Of a DNA stretch of 64,000 nucleotides, positions 1 through 12,178 are shown one piece after another. Position 1 is the first letter of the stretch; every line of letters starts with the position of its first letter. The stretch lies in NCBI GenBank assembly GCA_977017645.1, contig OZ360228.1, positions 50,964,001 to 51,028,000 on the forward strand, in the 5' to 3' direction. The notes beneath the pieces are model-generated. The model was not told the origin of the DNA. It did not search any database and saw nothing but the letters and a program-made list of their open reading frames with translations. Source of the DNA: Torpedo marmorata (taxonomy: Eukaryota). The translations under genes were made by a program, and so were the position numbers.

Positions 1-447
1 AGAAATGATATTTATTACGTAAATTATAAGTAATTTTTTCAAGTGGTATACACGAACGAAGTTCTGCATGCCATCTTTCTAATTCTAAATCTAAAACAGA
101 TTTCCAAGTAATAGCAATGCATTTCTTTGAAACAGCTAAAGCAATTCGCAAAAATTCTATTTGATACATATTTAATTTCATCTTAATACTAAATTTTCTA
201 ATAAATATTCAACAGTTTTGTGTCATTATCTCAAAGAGCATTGGTAAGTTTTAAAATCATGGTTGGTCACAGCCTTCCCCCAGATCCTACCCATTTGAGG
301 TCTTGGGTATAAATTCACAGTGGATGCTCTGGATTAAAGGAGCTGTACTATCTATGGGGTTTGAGTTACAAAAAATCCCTATTTGTTTGCTGCAGATCTT
401 ACCGAATCAGGTCTTTGCTTAAGATGGTTGGAAAAACCCTTAAAGAG

Positions 448-955
448 GATAATGATGAGAGTTTATTGTCATATACTTAAGTACAGTGTATAGAGGCACT
501 AAAATTCTTACTTTCTGCAGCCAAACAGATATATAAGGTACAAACATATACATAAGGTTCACGAACAATACAGTAGTTTAATGTAAACTACCACAATATA
601 CCAAAACAGAAAAAGAGATAAATATAAAAGCATAGATAAATAAATGTTCACAGTAATTAGTGGAAGTAAAAAAGTGATGTCTCAATAGTGCAGACAGATC
701 TTTTGGTAGTCCTGGAGTAGTTTATGGTTAGGGTAGTAAGAGGAGATTCAAGAGCCTGATAGTTGTTGGAAATAAACCGTTCTTGAGCGTAGAGGTGCAG
801 GACTTCAGACTGAATAGAGCAGCGAGAAGAGATTGTGACATCCTTTATGATGTTGGCTGCCCTCTTGAGGCAACATCTCGAGTAAGTGTCTGCAGTGGAC
901 GGGAGGCCGGTGGTGCCCATGATGGACTTGGAAAAGCTAGCCAAGTCCATCACGG
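448..955 (-). mobile_element. Rex1/Babar-type LINE, 3' fragment
   Basis: Minus-strand peptide SIMGTTGLPSTADTYSRCCLKRAANIIKD resembles the C-terminus of the Rex1-type ORFs at 31731 and 57757; ends in GACAATAAA like those copies. Confidence 0.7.
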
Positions 956-1129
956 AAGGTAACGTTTTCTTCAGTTTACCACATCATCTCAAGATGAGGC
1001 TAAAGGGAATAGATTATTTGATTATTTTTGTTACGGTTTATTAAGTAGGAATATAAATTCTATAGGCAAACGGCAGATCATTTTCTGAATTTGTTAACAT
1101 AAAAATGACAAGGAATAAATCTGGAGTGC

Positions 1130-1600
1130 CCCCTTCAGCACCCGGTGCCTCAAACACCATTTTCTGCCCCACATCCATATCTCTTGATTCTATTAATATC
1201 CAGAAATTAGTTGATCTCAGCTTGAATGCAATCAATGACTGATCCTCCATAGCACTCTTGTGTAAACAATTCCCAAGATTCACTGCCTTCTGAGTAAAGA
1301 AATTTAATCTCATTTCAGTCCTTAATGGCCTGTTGATTAGTTTGAGACGATAATCCCTGGTTGTGGAATCATACGTACATTTTAACAAAGTCACATCTCA
1401 TTCTTCGAAACTTTAAAGAATAGAAGTCCATCCAACTGACTCTTATGACAGACCTGCCATTCCAGGAAGCAGGCTAGTAATTCTTTGCTGCATACCCTCT
1501 GTAGCAGGAACAAAACTTTATCGAATACTTCAGGTGTGCTCTCTCCAAGACCTTATATAATTGGGGTAAGACACCCTTCCTCTTGTACTCAAATGTAATA
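1130..1600 (-). mobile_element. Degraded CR1 LINE 3' fragment
   Basis: Peptide RPLRTEMRLNFFTQKAVNLGNCL resembles the CR1 ORF2 C-terminal motif (R-EMR-NFFTQRVV-LWN-L). Confidence 0.7.
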
Positions 1601-1727
1601 TGACACTTTGGCATGCTGTTTCTTTTTCTCTCAAGCAAAAAAAAAAGAAGTTGAATCAGTCCTTTCGGTTTCTTTACATGACCTGTACTACCTCGTCAAA
1701 ATGACAGAAGGTAATCGCATCAGGGTG

Positions 1728-2356
1728 CAATACACAAAAGTTCTGGAGAAACTCAGCAGGTCACGCAGCACCTATAGGAAGCAAAGGCTGACCAATGTTT
1801 CAGGCCTGAGCCCTTTGTGACAGTATGAGCAAAAAGCAGGCAGGTGCCTGAATAAAAAGGTGGGGGGAGAGGAGAGGAGGGAGGAAGTGGTAGGGGGTGG
1901 AGCACATGCCAACAGACAAGAGGTCATAGGTGGATATGGGTGGGAGGGCAGAAGAGAAAAAAGTCTGATAAGTGATAGGGGGAGGGGGTAGCTCTCTGAA
2001 CGGAGAGGGAAACGGTGGGAAGCTGGAGGAAAGGAGACAGAGGGCTAGGGAAAGAGAGGTGAGGGACCTAACAGAAACTGGAGAAGTCGATGTCAATGCC
2101 ATCTGGTTGGAGAGTGCCTAGACGGAATATTAGGTGTTGTTCCTCCAATTTGCGGGTGGCCTCGGTTTGACAGTGCACATGGACAGACATGTTGGTGTAG
2201 GAATGGGTGAGGAATTACAGTGGTTGGCCACTGGGAGGACCTGTTATTACAGTGGACAGAGCGGAGGTGCTCAACAAAACGATCTCCTAGTCTGTGTCCA
2301 GTCCCTGCGATGTAGAGAAGGCCATAACTGGAGCACCGGATGCAGTAGGATGACCT
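1728..2356 (-). mobile_element. Penelope-like element fragment (GIY-YIG endonuclease end plus 3' region)
   Basis: YCIRCSSYGLLYIAGTGHRLGDRFVEHLRSV is a GIY-YIG motif; pyrimidine-rich tract and terminal segment shared with the copies at 40343-40965 and 44858-45120. Confidence 0.85.
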
Positions 2357-2499
2357 GAGGTCACATGAAGGTGCTTGGACATGGGAGAAAGAAGTTAATG
2401 ATGCAGGGCAAAAGAATGCTTTCAGGGGAGAAGCAATCCTTGCAGTTTTCCCATTGGATTGATTCCGAGATGTCAATAAACATGTGACATACTGTCAAC

Positions 2500-2730
2500 A
2501 GGCATACAGAGGAACTTGAAGTAGGATCAGGAGTAGGTCAGACAAGCCCTCTAGGGTGCTGTGCTGTTTGGTGAGATCATGACTGATGTGATCTATGTTC
2601 CTGTTTTTCTGCCTGACTCCTTTAACCCTTGAGTCTGCCGTAACCCAAAATTCTCTTGGTTGTCTTACAAAAATTGACCAGTTCACCCCAAATTGATGCT
2701 TCTTTAACATGAGGAGAACCAACTGTTTTA
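2500..2730 (-). mobile_element. Degraded CR1-like 3' end
   Basis: Resembles the CR1 tail at 60570-60748 (aggagtaggtc...gagatcatgactgat). Confidence 0.5.
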
Positions 2731-4619
2731 GGCTGTCTTGCTAAGTAGGGTACTTGGTTCAGCACCCGACCTGTCCAAACTACAAAGAGAGTTCACGATG
2801 AAAGGTTATTGGAGTTATCGAATGACCTGGACATAACAAATCCAGGAAATTTGGACCACTCACCCTCAATGAGGATAGACATTAGGAAGGTTGTCCTCTC
2901 TGCTCAGTACTTTTAAGTCTTGGTATTCCTAATTTTCCAAGAATGAGCAAAGAAGGCATTGATATCTCTGGTATCTGGATAAATCCATAAGCATTCTGAA
3001 GCATAAATAATATTTGCATAGCATTTTTGCTTAAATTGCATTTAAGTCTATACAGTAGAAAATGCTCCAAAAGTCAATAATTCCAGAACCTTCCTTGAAC
3101 TTCAAACACTTAAATTTCAGTGTAGCAACAAATCAGATCACATTCTATCCTGCATTGGTAAACAAATATAAATTGTGTATGCCACACTTGTAAATTGTAC
3201 TGTTCAAAACATCAAGAGTGTAAGCTTTTCATTCTGTGACAGAAGTTAATAAGCATAGTATGTGCAGGCCGGTTTCCAGTTATCAGCTACACGATTTTAC
3301 AAACCGGTTAATCAACTGGTTTTGGAAGAAGGTTTGTTCAAGGAGAAGTGACTATCTAATTTGGGCTCTGTTCCAGTTAAATAAGGTTTGGTGTAAAGTT
3401 TTCTCATGGCAAGATTGCTAAAAATAAGAGCAAGCTGCCAGGTGTGGTGTTGAGTCAGCGAAGCAGACAACGAACGGGCTGGTATCAGCAAAGGAGATTT
3501 AAATTCAACAAAAGTTGGGCACAGATGCAATGTTAACCCTACATACAGAGGCACCGTGCAGATTTGTGTGTTCTTTTTAATGTTAATGGCAGAGGAACTA
3601 CTTGTGGTGTCGAGATTATGTTGGTGAGTATATTAAACATGAGGGTATGGAAACTTTTCAGGATTATCTATTTGGAAGTTGGTACAGTATTATAATTTTT
3701 GTCTAGTACTTTAAATTGCTCATTTCGCATTTGTAAGACTAGAAACATCTTTAAAATCCCTGCATGTTAATTGAAGCTCTGTTGGTACTAATGTAAACAT
3801 TCTGATGAGTATCCAAAGATATGACCTTTGCATGACCCCTTAACCTTGCCTGTAATTATTTGTTTGAAGACAGTATGAAGTTCCCATGCTGAGAAGGACT
3901 ATAATGGTTTGCAGCTCTGTGTGCAATTGTGTATGAGGGGAGCAAGAGAGACTTTATAATAAGGAGACTACCAGATGTAAATAATAAAAATGGTTGGGGG
4001 TAAAAAGGAAAACCTAGTAATTTAGTCCAGCCCATTACTTGGAGTACGCCAGGGAGAAATGAAGGGGGAAGGGTAAGAGGAGGGTACATTACTCAGTGAT
4101 GTGACATAGGAGCACATGAATCTCTCCTCATCTGGAGTTTTTTTTTGTGTGTCATGTGCACACACCATTAATGGCTCTTGGGAGGAGAGAAAAACAGTCT
4201 TATCTGCCTGGTCTGATAATCTCAATTGGCCATATTCTGATTGATAAAAGGGAGTGTAGCTACAGAGCTCTGAATTAACTCCCAAAGGAAGACAGCACAT
4301 TAGCCTGCCATTGAGTATAGTATGAAAAAGGTTACAATGCTCAAAGTGAGCAAGTATGGACACCAAAAGGTGTGAAGTGCAATTGACGGGATATCTGCAA
4401 CCCTTTGAGTATGGGAATCACCTCTCCTTCCTGCTAAGGAAGTGAACCACGGTTTCTCAAATTTACAGCATAAAGTATAATAATAAAAAAATTGAAGTTC
4501 TTCAGATACAAGAGACCTATTGGATATTACAGCCAAGGTCGAGATTTCAGATAGTCACTTAAGAATGTGCTTTACTTTTTCTACAGTTTCAAATCAAAAA
4601 GTCAGGCATGATCTTCATC

Positions 4620-5860
4620 AATCAATGCAATAACTTGTATTTACATGGCACCTTTTATATGACAATATTTCCAATTCACTTCACAGGAGTGCAATCAAAC
4701 AAATTTTGCAACAAACAACTTAGGGAGATACTAGGGCAGGTGACCACAAGCTTGTTCAAAGAGGAACGTTTCAAGGTGAGTATTCAAAGATAAAAAGATT
4801 TAGAGAAGGGATTCTAAAACTTAGGGCATTGGCAGCAAAAGGCATGGCTAACATTAATGGAGCAATTACATTTGGGAAGGAGTGAGAGGCTAAAATTGGG
4901 GGAGTCCAGATAGGATTACAAGACTGGAGGAGATCACAGACCTGGAGATACACAGGAGACTGCAGATGCTTGAATCTGAAGCTAAACTCAATCTGATGGA
5001 GGAACTCAGCAGGTTGAGCAGCATCAGTGGGAGATAAAAGTGTCAACGTTTTGGGCTAGAACTCTTCATCAAGTTGAGATTACAGACCAAGAGAGGATCA
5101 AAGGCATGGAAGATTTTGAGCATAAGGATGAGAATTTTTACAATCATGCCATTTCACAGCCAGGAGCCCATGCATGAACAGAGACATTGAGCAAGCAGGA
5201 CTTGTGTGTATATAAGTGTGGGGAACAAAACTTTGGACGAGCTAATTCTTGGAGGGTTGAACAAGGAATATGTGACAAGTATTCTGATAACAAAGGTGTG
5301 TAAAAGGGATGCAGCAGGTGAGCTGAGGCAGGGATGGAATCAATCAATGTTAAGAAGGTAGAAACAGGCAGTCTTTGTGATGGCAAAGATGCAGCTTGAA
5401 ACTCATCTTTGGGTCAAAAATGACACCATGTATGCACACAATTGCCAAAGAGATTGATGGAGGTAGTGCCTCAGGTAGAGATTTTCCAGCAGGAGTTAAA
5501 GACAGCCTTTATAATTCCTAAAAATGAGGTGGAGGAGATTTCTCCCCATGCATTTCTGGATATTGGACAAGCACTCTGAAAACTCGGAGACAAGAGGGGG
5601 AGTGCTGAGGTTGTCCTCAGTGAATGAAAGGAAACAGGCACTGTGCTTTCAGATGATGTCAACAGAGGACAATAGGAATATATGTATTTGGGACACAGAA
5701 GTCACAGAACCCATATATAGCTTACAAATAGATTAGAGTGGAATTGGGTGGGTTTTATCCCACCCAGTGAAGGAAAATTGTGTGGTCAGTCAAATCAACC
5801 ATCAAGAAAAAGGAGGAGGGATAGATCACCATTGTCAAGTCACATAGGATATATCGGTAG
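4620..5860 (-). mobile_element. Old degraded LINE (L2-like) with a short Penelope-derived insert at ~4945-5075
   Basis: aacttgtatttacatggcacctttt...ttcacaggag resembles an L2-type 3' end; insert ctgcagatgcttgaatctg...ggaggaactcagcagg matches the Penelope terminal motif elsewhere in the window. Confidence 0.5.
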
Positions 5861-7499
5861 TTAATAACTGTTACTTGAACATTAGACCAGTGTGCAATTA
5901 CATATTGTTCATTTGGGCTCAGTGTGCAAGGAGAGTGTCCTGGTAGCCTTCCTTTGATAACAGGTTTGCATCGTGTGGACAGGTGGTTTTACCTATAATG
6001 ATACAGTATGTGTTGAATAAATCAAAGGGCTGTTTGGTGTCACTGAATATTAATGGGATAGGGTTAATGGCCCTGTTTCTCTCAGCCATACACCCGGAAT
6101 TAACGTCACCAGGAAAACTGAGGAGGGGAAAGGCATTCCAGGGAAAGGAGTTGCATGGAAAACAAAAAAGAGGGAAAACTGCTGTCGTTTACTATCAAGA
6201 GTGATTGAGGATTTTTTTCTTTTAGAAGTCAGTGAAACATGCAGTCCAGGAGGCCAATAAGAGCATCTTGGCCATACAATGATAGACTGATACAATTAGC
6301 TCCATTCCCCTTCTCTTTCCTTGTGTTCCTGCAGTTCTTTCTTTCTTAGGAAATATGTACCTCCTTTGAAAGTCACCACTGAATTTGCACCAACGCCAAT
6401 ATCATAGCCAGTATTACGTGACAATAATGGAACCTTTACCTTTACCTTTTGTGGAGAGCTGGGTGGACAGCCATAACCCAGCTCAATCCTCTTCCTGACA
6501 ACACCCACTCCCAACTCCTGCCCAGAGGTCATGGAGCTCCTGCCCAATGTTTACTCAGTTCTTGCACATGGCTTTGAACGTTGGTCACCGCCTGTCTTCC
6601 GCACTTTAGTCTGTCACAATTTGCAGTTTTTGTAACTGCAGCTTCTCTGATGGTCAAGAGCTCTGAAGAATGAGTTGCGGGCTCCACTGTGGCCATCAGT
6701 GCTGCTCTGTGACTGGTCAAAATTTAGTGGAGTGGTCCTGTTCTCCAGCACTGCTGCCCATATGGTTGTAAAAACCCTGCTTTTAAAAAACACTCCATCT
6801 ACTGGCCTCAGTGAGCATGAACAACCACTTCAACTTCAACCTCACTTAAAGGCAGCAAGCATTCAGACTTAGAACTTTTGGTTGGAAATCCAGCAATCGT
6901 CAATGATTCAATTCCAACCAGGAGGGGGGAAAAAACAGGTGCCTAATCTAAAAATTTGAATTCAAAATTCTAATTGCAAAACTTCCCATAGAATCTGTAC
7001 CTGAAATCTGTAGTGGGTGCATTTTCATTTAGATACGGCTTCAATGTTCATTGATTGAAGTAAAGAAAAATATCTGCAGGTTGCACACAAATTTAATATC
7101 ACTTTGTTCTTTACGATGATTAATTAGTTCAATGGAAAGTGTGAACATGGGGTAAATTAATTCAGTTTGGGATCTTGTAATCATAACTGAATTGCTCTCT
7201 TTCTGCAAAGGGTCACTTTGTGCATTCTGACTGTGGAACAGATGTTTGTTTACTGATGATTTGTTTTTAATGATATCTCCAATGCTTGTTAAAAGACCCT
7301 TGTAGTCGCGCGCCGCCAAAAGTGCGGATGGTTGTGCCGTTCGCAGCGGTCAGCTCCGGGCCTGGAGTTGCGTTGCGCGTGTACATGTTCGAGGACGGGA
7401 GGACGCTGATTTCGGCTCCGGATTCTACTAGGAAACGCCGCCCGGAGTGCCGGTCCCAAATGTGCAGTAGGCAGTCTCGGTGGCCAGCCGTCGTGGCCA

Positions 7500-8179
7500 T
7501 TAGCGATGGCTGGCCCAGGCGTTTCCCGGAAACGCACATGGTGGACGGCAGCGACGTGCGCCCTGGCCCCAACTTTGGTGGTAGAAACACCATAGGTCTG
7601 AACCATCATCTTTGTCCCACGTGGCCTTTGGCGGTTTTGGGGTCGGGGTTTTGGGGGGCGCGATTGCAGCAAGGCCCAGGGAGGTGGCTCTCCATTGCCT
7701 ACTTTGCCAAAGGACATCTGCTTTGGCTGCGACCTTGCGAGGGTCACTGAAATCCTCACTTGTTTGCAGGAGGCGAATGTCCTCGGGCATCTGCTGGAGG
7801 AACAGCTATTCGAATAGAAAACAAGGCTTATGGCCGTCCACGAGTGCCAGCATGTCGTTCATTAGCTCGGACGGTGTGCGATCGTCCGGGCCATCCATCT
7901 GAAGGAGCCACGCGGCCTGTTCGCGGCGAGAGAGGCCTAAAGTTTGGAGCAGGAGCGCCTTGATCTTAATGTACCTGTCCTCTGTAGGGGGTTGATGGAG
8001 GAAGTCAACGATCCGGCCTGCCGTCTCCTGGTCGAGCGCACTGACCACGTAGTAGTACCTCGTGGCATCGGCTGTGATGTCCCTAATGTTGAACTGGGCC
8101 TCGGCCTGCTCGAACCATACGTGGGGCTGAGTGGACCAGAAAGTCGGGAGCTTCAGTGAGACTGCACTGGAACTCATGT
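7500..8179 (-). pseudogene. Gypsy gag, one premature stop at 7806-7808; protease continues in -1 frame to ~7312
   Basis: ORFs 7806..8231 and 7500..7790 are in the same frame; slippery G GGA AAC at 7521-7527 leads into the GKRLGQP...FLVESGAEISVLP frame. Confidence 0.85.
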
Positions 8180-8217
8180 TCGATGCTGCTTCTTTAACTC
8201 CAGATGCCGCCTGGAGT

Positions 8218-8230
8218 GTCGGGGTCACCA
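8218..8230 (-). other. Primer-binding site complementary to tRNA-Trp 3' end
   Basis: Minus strand TGGTGACCCCGAC 1 nt inside the LTR; vertebrate tRNA-Trp ends ...GTCGGGGTCA-CCA. Confidence 0.85.
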
Positions 8231-8231
8231 A

Positions 8232-8439
8232 TGTAGTCGCGCTACGGCGCGCTATCGATTAAAGACGCAGAGACTGTGGAGTTCAATCATGGAGTCTTTA
8301 CTGGATTCAAAACACTGAACTATTCCCGGGGCGGAAGTGACGTCAGCACCCTTTCCGGAAGTCCCTCCCCGAGTGCGTAGTTCCGGACGCCCCGTTGTGT
8401 CCGATGGCGGTTCAAGACCCGCGAGTGCGCGCCGCTACA
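8232..8439 (-). repeat. 5' LTR (208 bp)
   Basis: Starts TGTAGTCGCGC and ends GCGCCGCTACA (short terminal inverted repeat); the first 11 nt recur at 7301-7311. Confidence 0.9.
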
Positions 8440-10009
8440 CCCTCACCATTTCCCTGAAGAACATCTCTTTCTTCAGTTGCTTAGCTAGTTTGAATGCCTG
8501 AAGCAGCCTTTCAACTAGAGCTTAGGCAAGACAAGTAATTGTAGTGGGGTGACATTTTTTGAAAACAAGATAAAATGCAAATTTTTAGAGGGTTCTTCTT
8601 TTCAGTAATCAGTATATAGAGAAAATATTTTATAATGCGCTTGCTAAAACATTGGTAAGATTATTACAATTCAATTAGAAAGGTCCATTGTGATATAAGA
8701 ATGTTTACTTTAGAATAAGAAGCTATTTGGCTGCAACTATTTTGCATCAGAAATCTGTCATGCTTTTCTGGGCTCCTGGTTCATTCTTTTTTTTTCTCCC
8801 CATCCCCCAGTTTCACAGCCATGAGACATTTGTTACATGCCATTCGCATGAGTTGTATTTCTTGCACTAAGTTGGACATAAAAGACAGTGGAGTAGCTTG
8901 GCTCCATGTCAAATGCAAACACTTGGCCCCTGCATAGAGATTGCTAACATTTTAGATAGTAAGAAATATGAGGGCTTTTTTTTAAAGAGGGAAGGGTGGG
9001 CTTTAGAACTTCTAAATTAAAGCCAGATACTGTGATCATTAATTTCAAATAGCTTTTATGAAACAATTTTTATTGGGCTTATTAGGAAGAACAGGAAAAT
9101 GGCAATTTTCTAGTAACATTGACAGACCGTCAAACTGCTTTATAATTTGTCAAATCAGAAACAAAATGAAGGTTGTCGCAATTTTTTCCATAACTGCGGC
9201 ACCGAGGTGGTGCAGTTGGATGCACAGTGATTGTCTGACCATTTTTTTCCTAAGTACCTGCAACTATAGGTTCTTCAGAAAAATATTAATTTTTAAAACC
9301 CTGTATGGGCTAGATTAGTGCCCCATCATTATTTCAAATCTTTATCCTCCTCTTAATTTCCCAGAATGACAAAATATACAAGTGCAGATATATCTTTCAT
9401 CACAAAATCAAAAGTGTATGTTTCGACCTGTGGAAAGAAGTTGTCTGTCGATCTTCACACGTGTCATTCCTGTTGGGCATTTGCCTTTTTTTGTGCCCTG
9501 GGTGTGGAAAACTCAGTTGAAAAGGTCACTGTTGCCAGTCGCTAACCTCTAAATGACCCCTTGACTTTACAGTCTAAAACTGCAGGAGCTGCGAAGGAGC
9601 AGGAGCCTTTCTGTACCAGCACTTATTTGCTGCTGTGGTGATAAAACTTCAGACAGCCCTAATTGATGGGCTTGCTGACATAACAATACCTTGTGAAAGC
9701 AGAGAGTGGCAAAGCCTGGTCTTCATTTATGGACAGCTGGAAGGGGTGTTACAACCCCTTTCAGAAGGAAGCAACCCAGCTGAAGCAATGAACTTTTACC
9801 ATGTTTGTGCCTCTTGCCCAGACAGTCATTCCATCTCAAGAACTTAATATATTTAAAATGGTTGACCAGAAGAGGACTATAAATAAATCAATAACATAGT
9901 GGGCAGCTGATTTTCTTTCTTTCTGTTCTTTCAGCAAATTAAATTGAGGAAAAAGCGACTGTGTTTTAAAATTGAGGAGTAAAATGTACCCTTTTCCTGT
10001 TTGTCTTAG

Positions 10010-10068
10010 GTTCATTAATGCCAGGAGAAGAATAGTACAACCTATGATCGACCAGTCAAATCGAGCAG
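10010..10068 (+). CDS. MEIS2: MEIS2 exon encoding the end of homeodomain helix 3, (W)FINARRRIVQPMIDQSNRA
   Basis: Exact TALE/MEIS motif; acceptor tttgtcttag; donor CAG|GCAAGT (GC-AG intron). Confidence 0.97.
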
Positions 10069-12067
10069 GCAAGTCTCAAGTAGTAACTATATTCAAGTCC
10101 CGCAGGCACAAATCTTCATCAAGTTATTCATCAGGAATTCCTTCACCTGGTAAATAAACCTGGCAGCCAGGCATTCTGGGAGAGCTAACAATCCAGAATT
10201 CTGGTGCAGGGAAATACCTCACTAACTGTTACCAACTGGAATTCACACCCTCACTTTCCCAGAACTGCTTTTATTTCTTAATGATGGTAATTGAGCAAAT
10301 ATCTTCGCACCACAAATAGCTTGTTGAGTGGGTGCTGTTGCTGCAAGATCACTAGTTGTCTCTCAGCTACTGATGCCTTGCCTTACTGTTCACAACTCCT
10401 GGGTTTATGCACTGTTATTAGCAATTGTTGCAGTTTTATTTTACTGTTAACGATAGCTACGAATCCCTTAAAATGATTACTGTTAAAAGTCGACCAAAGC
10501 ACATTACTCCATTTAGTAATTCTAAAGTAAAATGTAGGCTTGAGTATCAAGTAGTGTTGCCTTTCATACGTCCCATTACTCTATTGCCACATCTGACGAG
10601 GAGAAGAAAATTTAGTCGCTAATTTGTTAATCCTTATGATAATGATGTTTAATTTCAGTCTGCTCATTTTCGTTTTAATTTGGCTTATACACAGATTTAA
10701 ATCTGCAAGCACCTTGTGCTGACCATGGAGTTGTGTGCTTCTGCAATGGTTTGCCAGAAGGTTTATTGGTCTTTTATTGTCACTCACACTGCTTTGATTT
10801 GATGTTGATTTGCACCCACTGCTTTACTTCAATATGTAAAGTGCTTTTTATTTCTGTGAATTGTATGACTTGTCAAAGGGGCTTCTCAGTGATCCACAAT
10901 GTGTGAGCAGAATAGGATGGGTCTGAGGTTCTATGACAGCCAGAGAGAAGGGTGCTCTCATTTGTCGGGTTGTTAAGGGTTAACAATGCTGCATGACGGA
11001 ACTCAGTGTAAATTCTCGATAGCGTGAGAAGCTGTTCCACTCTCACTCTGCAGAAGGCACTGACTCTAATTGGGATTTGGATCCACAGGTACCTTCTGAG
11101 TACCTTGCCCAAATGGGTTTCTACATGCGTGAGAGGTATTGCAGCCAAACCCAATGCTTTAATTACCCAAAATCAACACACATATACACTCATTGGAAAG
11201 AAGCTAGGACTGGTAGGCTTGGCTGATGATTTTTTCAATTTCTCCCACGTTCCCAAACTCAGGAAAAGTATTTTCAGTGTTCCTTCCTTGGCTAAGGTGA
11301 CTGAACTCACTACAAGGCACAGCTTTGAAAGGAAAAAAATAAAAACAGTGGGTGGGCAGAATGGCCTTTTTTTGCTGTGAAATTCCCTGATCCTAACAAT
11401 CTGGGCTGTAACTGTTCCATACAGCAGACCCATACAACAGCATGCATTTAATAAGTTAAGGACTTAACGAACTGCCTGTGTAATTCATTTTTAATTATCA
11501 TAAATTGCGTACTATTCATAACACTATTCTTAGTTTTATGTCATTTGATAGTATTGATTGAATAAATCCATTAAATGTTAGGCTGGATGGCTTCATACTT
11601 AGAGTGCAATTAAAGAAGGTGTAGACAATGGTCAGAGTTAATTATCGAGGGACAATCAGGCCACAAAGTCTGACTAAGTCATCTTTAATTTAAGAGACAT
11701 TGACTGCAAAGCAGAGGGAATACCCCATTACCTCATTCTTGGACAAAGTAAATTTCCAGATCTTTTAGACACTGGGGAGAGGAACTGCCATTTGGAGCAC
11801 TCCATTGGTTATGCTTTTGCAATATAAACTTGCACCTTTCATATAAATGAAAGAAAAAGAAAAGAAATGTTTCCAGATGCTGGGATTGTTCAGATCTGGA
11901 GAGGTAGTGGGTTGTGGGGTAGATGGATGATGGCTCAATGTATTTCTTTAATTCCATGTAAGCCTCTTTTGTTCAACAACATACTGTGATTGCTGTTTCA
12001 GGAGTAACTGCTGATTGTTTGGTATGTCTTTTCTTTCTCCTCTGTGTCTACGTTTGACTACAATCAG

Positions 12068-12178
12068 GTTTTCTTCTTGATCCTTCAGTAAGCCAAGGAG
12101 CAGCATACAGTCCTGAGGGCCAACCAATGGGAAGCTTTGTATTGGATGGCCAGCAACATATGGGTATTCGGCCTGCTG
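12068..12178 (+). CDS. MEIS2: MEIS2 exon [37 protein letters not shown]; alternative acceptor starts at 12089
   Basis: MEIS2-diagnostic peptide; acceptors caatcag|G and ccttcag|T 21 nt apart; donor CTG|GTAAGC. Confidence 0.97.

Larger units (their letters stand above)
7301..8439 (-). mobile_element. Internally deleted Ty3/Gypsy LTR retrotransposon (5' LTR, PBS, gag, partial protease, 11-nt remnant of 3' LTR)
   Basis: TG...CA ends, 4-bp TSD CCCT (7297-7300 and 8440-8443); gag KLPTFWSTQPHVWFEQAEAQF and WCFYHQSWGQGARRCRPPC knuckle; protease-like RRFLVESGAEISVLP; GC/CpG-rich, so young. Confidence 0.93.

Noticed and set aside
7286-8159. Plus-strand ORFs over the Gypsy element
   Set aside because: Antisense shadows of GC-rich gag-pro sequence
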